A stretch of DNA of 32,790 nt, from contig NC_068992.1 of NCBI RefSeq assembly GCF_001194135.2, positions 23,276,119 to 23,308,908 on the forward strand, given 5' to 3'. The translations under genes were made by a program, and so were the position numbers. How positions within the stretch are numbered: the first letter of the stretch is position 1; each line of letters opens with the position of its first letter. A model generated the notes under the pieces. That model searched no databases. It was not told where the DNA came from and was given only the letters and a program-made list of their open reading frames with translations. The DNA is from Octopus bimaculoides (Eukaryota). Below, in pieces: positions 11,454 through 21,516 of this stretch.

Positions 11454-12088
11454 ACCATAATTCTTGTCTTCAGTTCATCTTTGGTGTTATAAGGAATGTT
11501 GCTGGTCTGTAACTCAAGTACGCTCCACACATAATAATCAAGGGGGTCACAGTCCAGGGAAGCAGGTGGCCAGATATCAGGGATGATGTGTTCACAGAAA
11601 TTGTCTTACAGCTATGAATGCTTGTGTGGCATGGTTGAGATTCCTGTTGTCAGACATAGGGTCTTCCAGCATCCACCATCTTGACCTAGGCCTGCGCTAC
11701 CTCCTCAAGGCCAATTTGAGGCCATATGAGAAGACGAATATAGACATAACACCGCCATCACTAGTGATCACTCCAAATACCATGATACTGATTTGAAGTT
11801 TGACTGTTATCACTCTCGGTGCATGTTCTCAGATTGCACAGTCCTCAGATTGACGCTCAAACACTTTGAAATGTTCGTATTGAAGCTTCCGGAACGAATA
11901 CCAAGCAGTACAGCATGTGTTTTTCAAATTTCTGGCAGAGTGTATTGCGTCATGGTACTGTTTTGCCCATAGACCGTTCCCGACTGATCCCACTGTGCTG
12001 TGTAGTCGACAAAATCCAAAACAAACAACGTGCTTGCTCTAAATGAAAAATATCAAGTCGCGACAATTTATTTACCCATCGCCCCCTG
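11454..12088 (-). mobile_element. Internally deleted, 3'-truncated Tc1/mariner DNA transposon (probably DD37D/maT type)
   Basis: Terminus TA|CAGGGGGCGATGGGTAAAT at 12090-12070. ATG at 11953 begins MTQYTLPEI*KTHAVLLGIRSGSFNTNISKCLSVNLRTVQ (HTH-like). Then PRVITVK..IMVFGVITSDG..GRPYV*QQESQPCH..IWPPASLDCDPLDYYVWS..YNTKDELKTRIM. WPPxSxDxxPLDY is the Tc1/mariner catalytic motif. Multiple stops and frameshifts. Confidence 0.88.
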
Positions 12089-12176
12089 TATATTTGTATA
12101 TATCATACGCAGTGTATCATACTATATACACATACATACACCCACACACACACACACCCACACACACACACACACC

Positions 12177-12216
<40 letters not shown>

Positions 12217-12217
12217 C

Positions 12218-12256
<39 letters not shown>

Positions 12257-12276
12257 CATACATACACACATATACA
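12089..12276. repeat. Compound (CA)/(TA)/(TG) microsatellite region
   Basis: Directly visible. Confidence 0.95.
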
Positions 12277-13756
12277 TGCGTGATTGTTTTACAGGTTGAA
12301 TGACACGAATGACGTTTTCAACACATCCGACTTTGCTTTGCCATTAAATGGAAAAAGAAAGTTGCTTACTGCTTCTCATGATATTTGTGTTTAATGTTTC
12401 GTAATATGAGAAATAACATTAGTTGCATTTCCATCATCAGCTGTGTTTGCTATCATGATTAAGCATCTGTAACTGAATCTTACTCTTGGATTCAGAAGGG
12501 AATACCTTTTAGATGAATGCATGATTTGTTCTATATTACGCGTGACCAACTCATCAATCTTAGATTTATGCGCTTCACATAATTTGTTTTCGATATTTTG
12601 TCCCTAAATATCTATAAACCTACTGAAATATTAATTTCTCAAATAATACACCTGTGAGAAACTGTATATGTGCTAAACATTTTGTTCTGCTGAACCACAC
12701 TTACTGTCCTCTCTGACATTGAATTCACACGCATTTTGAATAATTACACGACTCTATTAACTACAATTATATGTAAACTAATATCTCCCATCTGTTGTAC
12801 ATAATAGTACTCTCTCACAAAATAATGTTATTAAAAAGGAAATCTGCGATTGAAAGACAGCTATAAAATTTAATTGGTTTCTATAAGCTCCTTTGCATTG
12901 GTTATTAGAGTGTCATTAATTTTCATTATGTTGTTATTTAAATATATATTTTGCTCAAGAATTATATTGCTGCTTTATGAACGTGCTTTAAATTTATAAT
13001 GAAATTAAGCTGTAATATAATTAATACAAATTATCTATCAGTATTTGTAGTAAAGTATGATCACAAGTAGGTTCCATAATGTTATGTTTATTGTGCGAAC
13101 ATTATTGCAGAAGGTCACTATTCTTCAAACTATTTATATTCAGTCAAACTGCCTCCTTTTATTTGTTAGCTTCAATTGATTTTAAACTGTGGATTGTAGG
13201 TGTATGCATGATCGTTCTAGTCTAAGTATACATAAATTGAAAGTATTCCCATTTTCACTCATTTTGATATAAGTAGCGAGGTTATCAATATCCACTTACA
13301 GTAAATCACTTTTTGACACAGAGAAACCCTATCTCGTACAATTTGATAAACATATGAAGATATACTATCAAGTCTTAATTAGGAAACTGTTTGCAATGAA
13401 ATCTTTCGACGGCCTCACATCCACCACTCAGAAATTAGCGAAGTGAGAATTGACATAGAAACACCAGCCACTTATAATAGCACCATATGACCAAAAGCAA
13501 TTTTTTCGCATTCCGTTCCATATCAATACATCGGAAGCGGCTCGTCATAAGTGGCCAACATAGTATTAGATTTCTTACTCTCCAGCTTGGAGTGAAGCAA
13601 TTTTTATCCTTTGGGTGGGCCTGTAACAGGATAATGATCTCCTAATCGTAGGATACAGCAATTTTCTATATTGAATAATGAATTAATAAGAATGAAGAGC
13701 AAATATTTGCAGGTGTACTATTATATTATAAAGTCTATAATTTGCAAACGTAACAG

Positions 13757-13863
13757 ATACACACACACACACACACACATACACACACATACACACACAC
13801 ATACACACACAAACACATACACACACACACACACACACACGCACACACACACACGCACACACA
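13757..13863. repeat. (CA)n microsatellite, imperfect
   Basis: Directly visible. Confidence 0.97.
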
Positions 13864-14943
13864 AATTCCCATCGTAAGAAATATTTCTCATCTCAAACTA
13901 TCTAGGATCCATTGCTTAATAGATTCTAGAACTTTTATTGGTAGCCAATACATTGTTTCGGCAAATTTAGAAATCTCAGACACTCATCTAAGGCAAATAG
14001 CAAATTTACTAACCTCTCTTCTAAGACGCACCTCATGCGACTCATAATGACCGATAACATTATATAACGTAATAAAATCTACAATATCAATTCAGCACGA
14101 ACTAGAGAAAACTATCGTACAGTTTAGTTGTGACATAATTCCATGTAAATGCCTCTCCACAAAACACTTCTTAAGCATCGAATCCAATAATACATTGTAC
14201 ATTCTAAATTGCAATATACTCTCTCCAACCGAATTTTACAATGGAGGTGATTACACTTTGCAGATATGTTTAAAACTCTAAGAAATAATTTGTTGTGTCT
14301 GGGGAATCATTTTCTTATTGTGCCTTAAAATTTAACACACTCAGCGGTAAAATTTCCACTTCTTTTTATTTTTATTTTCCTAAAATTTTCGTTGCGACTT
14401 GCAACCTTATCAATAGTCTGTATCTTCTACTCACGAGGCAAAACAGAATATGCTTATTTTTTTATAACCACAGCTCATTAAAAGCAATTGAAATCTAATG
14501 CATATGTATGAGAGGAAGCCATCCACTGCTCATGCAAGCGTAGACTACAAATATCATCAGTTATTTCCTGGTAGCCACACACTTACACATACAAACGTGT
14601 GCGCGCAGCCATGCACGCTTGCGCACGTTCTACGTACTGTGATACACACCATATGTACAATTTCCTTGGCTGCTCTACACACCATATGTACAATTTCAAT
14701 TACGCTCAACTTTACTTTATTCCGGTTTATATTTCTCCGTATTTTTCATCTCTGTACATGCAATCGCACAAATTAGAGACCAATGCCCTACATGGTCTAA
14801 ATTCTTTAATTCGTTCACATTGCTTCAAAAGACCACCATTCATCTAATAACAAAAAAATTTAAGACAAAGATTACTTTGCAATATACATTAAATTATTCC
14901 GATCCAACGATCACCGCCTAATTACAATATTTCGTCTCTTTTA

Positions 14944-15160
14944 AGGTGGCGATCTGGCAGAAATATTAGCACGCCTAGCGAAATGCTTACCGGTATTTTG
15001 TATGTCTTTACATTCTGTTTTCAAATTCCGCTGAGGTCGACTTTGCCTTTTAAACTTTCGGGGTCGATAAATTAAATACCAGTTGCGTACTGTGGTAGAT
15101 CTAATCGACTGGCTCCATCCCACAAAATTTCAGGTCTTGTGCCTAAAGTAGAAAAGAATA
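14944..15160 (+). mobile_element. Full-length family A SINE with decayed target-site duplication
   Basis: GGTGGCGATCTGGCAGAAATATTAGCACGCC..TTCAAATTCCGCTGAGGTCGACTTTGCC..GTAGAAAAGAATA is collinear with 3897-4108. Flanked by AATATTTCGTCTCTTT (14926-14941) and AATATTTCATTTCTTT (15157-15172). Confidence 0.9.
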
Positions 15161-15675
15161 TTTCATTTCTTTAATAACTTTTATTATGCAGCAGATGACG
15201 CTTCATTCATAAATCATATACACCTGTAACTCGGAGTTTTGTCTTTATTCACTACACTTTATTCATTTCTGTTCAGTTGTATTCCGGTCTATCTCCTCTG
15301 TCTAATTTGCAACATGTCGCCCAATTTCCAAATTTCTTTGATACTCATTACAAATATACCCACGCAGCCTTCTTTGAAACTTATTCAAACATGCGTATAA
15401 TTAAAGCACCCAAAGATTTGCATAGCATCTCAGGTTGCTTCTTGTAAAATAAGGATACAAAATGTATATAACGTCACATTTTCTAATACCTATTTCTGTT
15501 TTCATTTATAGTCGCTAATCACATTTTCACTAAAACAATTTATCGTCTCGTAATAAATCTAGACAAGATAATGTGAATATAAAAATCTACACATATATTT
15601 AGGGTAGAGAACACAATCTCATCCCCGCGGTAATGGAGGACTCTGTACTTCATCACATAAAACTCCCATATACTT

Positions 15676-15725
15676 ACGTACATACATACATACATATATA
15701 TACACACCATACATACATACATACA
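15676..15725. repeat. (TACA)n microsatellite
   Basis: Directly visible. Confidence 0.93.
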
Positions 15726-15735
15726 TGTAATATAA

Positions 15736-16016
15736 GGTAACTATGGACAACTGCTACGGAACCTCCAGCATTTATTCCCAGAATATAAATTCATATTTAT
15801 ACCAATAATAATTGGTGCCCTGGTTTTGTGAGTAAATTCCTAAGTGACAATCCGGATAGACTTGAGTTTCTTAAAAAAGAAATAAACCAACTCACACATT
15901 AGAATTACGATCTGTAATTGGGACAGTAAAAATATGCAAGAAATTTCTCAAGTTTAAATTGCATTTTTCTAATTTGTGTCTTTGTTAGAAACCAGATTCT
16001 TCCTCAGAGGAAGAAT
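15736..16016 (+). mobile_element. Second, divergent R4-clade-like non-LTR 3' fragment (RLE C-terminus)
   Basis: With two frameshifts it reads GNYGQLLRNLQHLFPEYKFIFIPIIIGAL/GFVSKFLSDNPDRLEFLKKEINQLTH*/RSVIGTVKICKKFLKF. IPIIIGALG and GTVKICKxFL are typical of the end of RLE-type ORFs. Missed by the ORF track. Confidence 0.75.
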
Positions 16017-18448
16017 TTAGATAATTAAAAACAGAAAAAAAAACATACAGACACTCATACGCAGACTTTCACACACACAAATCTATGGGAACGTATATAT
16101 ACCCAGCATGATTAAACTGTCTATGCAATGTTATAACTAATCTCTAAATTTAACTGATTAAATTCTGTCATTTTGTGGGTCCGGCAGGGAATATCGTTCA
16201 TATGAATTTGAAAAATTAATTCAGAAATTATCCCTGTTAAATTTGGTGCATTATTACATGCTAAAGGGAATACATTCAGTAACAATCAATTATATTTTAC
16301 AAAATTAGTTAATATCAAAGCACTTCCAATATATACATGAAAGATAATTACCACCTCACAATTATGATTTAAAGAAACCTTCATACTGTATTGAAATTCA
16401 AACAAACACCTATGCAATTGCTCTTACCCATAAGACTTTGATGTATGTGATTGTATTTCAACTATATAATCAAAATACGTCTAGTTGAAATGTACACAGT
16501 CTTGGAAAGTTTTGATTGTTCCCTGATTTTTGTAAATAACAATTTATATAATCGGAATCTAAGTTTGTCTCATAGGAGTGATGATCTAAGAATCACCGTT
16601 TCGTTAATATTTGACATATTATTCCAAGAATAACATGTCAACGGATAGATCATTCATAAGCGTGAGGTAGGTATGTGATGAATGCGTTAGGGACGCCATA
16701 TTTACATCGGCCAATTTTAGAGGGTACACATTCATTTTATCAGTCAAAATCTTAAGTTGTTAAAATAGAAAGCTCTGGACCTAATTCACCTTCTTTGTTA
16801 ATATGGGTATTTGCTTATATAAAAGTCAGCTTTACTCATTCACGAATTGGTAATATTTGGAATATACCGCTACCTATCCTTATTGTAATTTTCCACGTAC
16901 AATAGATATTTCGTGGGATAGGAGACAACACAAGCTGAGCATATCGTACTCAATATAGAAACGTCTACGCTAAAATGTTTTGTCAATTTTGTAGTCTTCA
17001 GTCCACAAGGAATTTAATATCATTGAGGAAATTCACCATAACGAATCAGAATCAAACGGATATACATTTGTTAAGAACTCACCAAGAACTATTTAATCCC
17101 TAATATTATTGTAAACATTTATGTGCAGCTGATGCTCAATAGAATTCCAAGCAGAATATTTTTACAAATACCAAAACGTAACATAGCTTTACATAAAGTA
17201 ATTGTTTTGTTTATACGAGCACCTGAAATGTCTATCTTCCTCAAGAATAATGGAAAGTAATCATTATATTGATAGCAAACACTTCGGTGGATTTCAAACT
17301 ATATAATGAGTTCAAGAATAATAATCTGTTAGAATAACAATGATAATTTTTGTTTATTCCCCTAAAGAAGGAATGAGATAACAATTATTGTAAAGTTGCA
17401 ACTATTGCTAAAAAGGATACAGCTGGCGATAATGAGCTGACGATAATGCAAAGTTGTTGATAATGAGAGTGATAAATATGATGCCGCTATTGTTGTTGTT
17501 GCTGATGATGGTGTTGGAGGTAGTTGTGCCGGTGGTGTTGGTCATCGATGTAGAAATGTGGTACAAGGAGGAACCGTTGTATGTGATAACATTTTAATGA
17601 TAACATTTCACTATGCGATACTTTCTTGATACATGTATAAACTGCGATTTGAATATTTTAAAATACATCGGTTTTGTATTTTGGGAATAGATTTCATACT
17701 AACTGAATACATTTTATTTGAGGCCAACTACAAAAGGTTCATGTGTAATAATTGATGATATTTGCTTCATGAAAAAAATATATGTGTGACATCTAAGCGA
17801 TCAGTCGATAATTCATTTTCAGCAATTCAAATTTTGGAAATTATGACGAAAAATGTTTCCATTCTATGTAGAAATGTGACTCTGATTGTAACAATTATTT
17901 GTAGAGAAACATTTCTTGATATTCTTATTCAAATAGCGCATCGAAAAAGTTTTCCATTTCCCGGAAAACAAGCGTTGTTGAAAAATATAATGATTATTTA
18001 AGTATAGGTAATAAATATATTTTAGTGAAACCTAAGAGTAGCGTGAATATAAACAGAAATTTCTGTTACACTCTTTGTACCAATACGCTGGCAACTGATG
18101 TAATAAATATGATAGAATTAAACTATTAACGAAAATTGAAAAGTTGGTACAATATCTGCGCAGGTTATATCATTTAAATCCCTAAATGAAGCCGAATAAA
18201 TTTTGGAATATTCATTAGATCCCATAATGAATTAATATCATAAGGCTACTAAAAACCTGATTTAGACTTAGGCGCAGTAAAATTTGAAAAGATTAATATT
18301 AATAGGATAAAATCTAGAAATTATAAAATTTATTTCTTGAATAATATCGGTTCTACTCAGTATACATACATTACACAAATATATATATATACACACGCGA
18401 TAGCCCATACATATATCAATGTGGATATATGTATATATATATATATAT

Positions 18449-18742
18449 NNNNNNNNNNNNNNNNNNNNNNNNNNNNNNNNNNNNNNNNNNNNNNNNNNNN
18501 NNNNNNNNNNNNNNNNNNNNNNNNNNNNNNNNNNNNNNNNNNNNNNNNNNNNNNNNNNNNNNNNNNNNNNNNNNNNNNNNNNNNNNNNNNNNNNNNNNNN
18601 NNNNNNNNNNNNNNNNNNNNNNNNNNNNNNNNNNNNNNNNNNNNNNNNNNNNNNNNNNNNNNNNNNNNNNNNNNNNNNNNNNNNNNNNNNNNNNNNNNNN
18701 NNNNNNNNNNNNNNNNNNNNNNNNNNNNNNNNNNNNNNNNNN
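18449..18742. other. Assembly gap between (TA)n and (TG)n
   Basis: N run. Confidence 0.99.
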
Positions 18743-18795
<53 letters not shown>

Positions 18796-19454
18796 AAATC
18801 AGTTTAAACAGATTTTTGCGAATTTCTTAAGCGTATTTCTTAAGGCTTTGAAATGTATTCAGATATTGCATTTCTTTGTATGTAATTATACTTATGATCT
18901 GTTGCTTCGAAACAATTTCAAACAAATTTGAATTTGCCATTAGTTGTATAATTCTTAATTTGAAATTAATTGGATGCTTCGAGTTTATTAGGAGATGAAT
19001 GCTACTTTTCAGAGTTCATCATAATGCCTACCCTTAGGGAGGAACATGAGAGATCCACGAACTGAAATATGCAATCATCACAATATGAAATGTTTCTATT
19101 CATGTGAATATCAGCAAACATGCGAAATGGGTCTTACAATGGTCACGAACGATGATCAAAAGCCTACAGAATATTATTCGTAATCTGATTAAGCTCATTT
19201 TATGTTTAAAATATTCTAGTGGTTTGTAAAGAAAAAAATTGTAGAAGTCTCTTAAGACAAAAGAGTTTTGCAAATAAGATTATTGAAAATCAAAGAAAAG
19301 ATTATACAAGCTTACGAATAAATCAACGCATATCCATGCATACATGAATATATATATACACACACATACATACATACACATATAAATGTATACAAGCATA
19401 TATAAATACATACATACATATATACATAAGCCCCACACATATATATATATATAT

Positions 19455-19605
19455 GTGTGTGCGTGTGTCTTCGTGTCTATGTTTGCCCCCCCCCACTTCA
19501 CAACGTGTTGGTTTGTTTACGTCTCCATAACTTAGCAGTCCAGAAAAAGAGACTGTTAGAATAAGTATCAGGCTTAACAAAAAAAAAAACAAAAAAAAAA
19601 CAGAA

Positions 19606-19677
<72 letters not shown>

Positions 19678-19769
19678 TAATGGGTTCGATTCTTTCTACT
19701 AAAAAATCTTCAAGACGGTGCCCCAGTATGGCCGCAGTCCCACAACTGAGACAACTAAAGGATAGAAAC
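19455..19769 (+). mobile_element. Headless family B SINE (3' half) interrupted by an A-run and (AAT)n
   Basis: (TG)n-GTTTGCCCCCC..TTTACGTCTCCATAACTTAGCAGT..GAGACTGTTAGAATAAGTATCAGGCTT..TGGGTTCGAT..GGTGCCCCAGTATGGCCGCAGTC..CTGAGACAACTAAAGGATA matches an abundant octopus SINE as recalled. The tail motif recurs at 21464-21516 and 27200-27260. Confidence 0.75.
19579..19677. repeat. A-rich run followed by (AAT)n
   Basis: Directly visible, inside the SINE. Confidence 0.97.
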
Positions 19770-19851
19770 AATATATGTATGTATATATATATATTAATTA
19801 GTACCTCCAACCTTATTTGGTTGTATCATTCTCTAACGCGTTAGAGACAAC

Positions 19852-20037
19852 TTATGTATCATTCTCTAAAGCACGAATAATATTCCTTGGCGATATTTCG
19901 TCCGCACAGTAGATGCCACTGTTATCTCGTGTGATTTCACAAAGTTGTCGATCATTAGCCGACAGCCGAACAGTGCATGCTACAACGAGTATTATTGAAA
20001 CTGCCAGCCAGTGATACCGTGAAAAAATAGCAGGCAT
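19852..20037 (-). CDS. Weak candidate: short ORF/exon with signal-peptide-like N-terminus
   Basis: MPAIFSRYHWLAVSIILVVACTVRLSA-NDRQLCEITRDNSGIYCADEISPRNIIRALENDT. Non-repetitive, with a hydrophobic core. No recognisable family, poor start context (TGA immediately upstream) and no clear donor site. Confidence 0.18.
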   Translation of the reverse strand: MPAIFSRYHWLAVSIILVVACTVRLSANDRQLCEITRDNSGIYCADEISPRNIIRALENDT

Positions 20038-21037
20038 TCACTGTGTGTGTCCTGCTAATGAGCGAAGGCCCTAACTACAAACTTTGCAATTGCCTGAATA
20101 CATGAAAAACGTAGTTTCTTATTACAGCTTTAAGTAATTTTACTTCATTTTGAATACTACAGGACGAACAAAAATTTCTTTTTACTTAGTTTTATTCGGG
20201 CATTATTTAAAGGGAACAATAATTCTTAGGGACCGAACCGACTATTTAGGGAACATAAATTTCAGTATATAAACAAACTATGATATTGATGTTAAATCAT
20301 TTATATAAGTTTTGTAATATAGAAAAGATGTCTTTAATGATGGTTGCATAACAAAATAGTTCCTTGTTCTGATTAAACAAAAAAATCATGTAAATGTCTG
20401 AAGACTTCAAATCAATATACATTAATTTTCCTCCGCTGCGTCTCAGTACGAGCTCGGAATTCCATTTTATTGATTATGTACTCTTATTTTTCTTCCTTGA
20501 GTCGAATTGTTTTTTTTTTTAATCTACGATTTAGACATGGTTGTTAATGTGTACTTCCCATTGAATATGTCCAAGGAATGAACAGTATTTACTTCATATT
20601 TCCAATATGTAAAACGAAATTAAATAGAGTGACAACACGATAGCAAAAAGAGGGATAATTGACGAATGTATGGGAAAGCTTTTGAATTTTGTCAGTGTTC
20701 ATTTACAAAGTAATCACGGAATTTTAAGTGTATACATACGCGAATAAAAATAAGGAAGAAACTTCATAAAGAATAATATATTTTGACGGATATGGTACGG
20801 ACAGTTTCAAAAGCTCCAGCAATCGAAGATTACAGAGAGAATGTTTGTAAAATGTTAGAGGATTTTAGTTCCTGGCATATCTAGGTGTGTTTAAAAGCTA
20901 TTTTGATAATGTACGACATCAAATATTGATGGTAATTTTAGAAAGGTATTGGCAGTATTCTTCAAAGTGGTTTCATCGGCAAATGATGTAGCTACGTATA
21001 GAGCATTCTTATATATATTTGGTGCTGCATTTTTGAC

Positions 21038-21038
<1 letters not shown>

Positions 21039-21109
<71 letters not shown>

Positions 21110-21334
21110 NNNNNNNNNNNNNNNNNNNNNNNNNNNNNNNNNNNNNNNNNNNNNNNNNNNNNNNNNNNNNNNNNNNNNNNNNNNNNNNNNNNNNNNNNNN
21201 NNNNNNNNNNNNNNNNNNNNNNNNNNNNNNNNNNNNNNNNNNNNNNNNNNNNNNNNNNNNNNNNNNNNNNNNNNNNNNNNNNNNNNNNNNNNNNNNNNNN
21301 NNNNNNNNNNNNNNNNNNNNNNNNNNNNNNNNNN

Positions 21335-21373
<39 letters not shown>

Positions 21374-21460
21374 GTACGTATATGCATATCTGTATATATA
21401 CGTGGATATATATGCATGTGTATATCTACATACACACACACACCCACACACACATATATA
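21039..21460. repeat. (AC)n - N gap (about 21110-21334) - (TA)n/(CA) microsatellite cluster
   Basis: Directly visible. Confidence 0.95.
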
Positions 21461-21463
21461 ATA

Positions 21464-21516
21464 TTTATTTATTTATGTGTTTCAGCCAAGTGGCTGCGGT
21501 CATGCTGGTGCACCAC
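21464..21516 (-). mobile_element. Isolated family B SINE 3' tail
   Basis: Minus strand GTGGTGCACCAGCATGACCGCAGCCACTTGGCTGAAACACATAAATAAATA resembles 19716-19765. Confidence 0.6.

Noticed and set aside
12284-12400. Acceptor-like TTGTTTTACAG|G followed by a 32-codon frame
   Set aside because: Isolated splice-like motif with an unrecognised peptide.
12420-12445. Minus-strand CTGATGA-TG-GAAA hammerhead-like core (also CTGATGA at about 25622 and 28958)
   Set aside because: No room for stem II, or no GAAA partner, and no flanking stems.
20870-20990. FKSYFDNVRHQILMVILERY resembling RT domain 3 (FDxVxHxIL)
   Set aside because: The catalytic Asp upstream is missing, and no adjacent RT motifs (QxGFR, YADD) were found in any frame. 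Only a profile search could rescue it.
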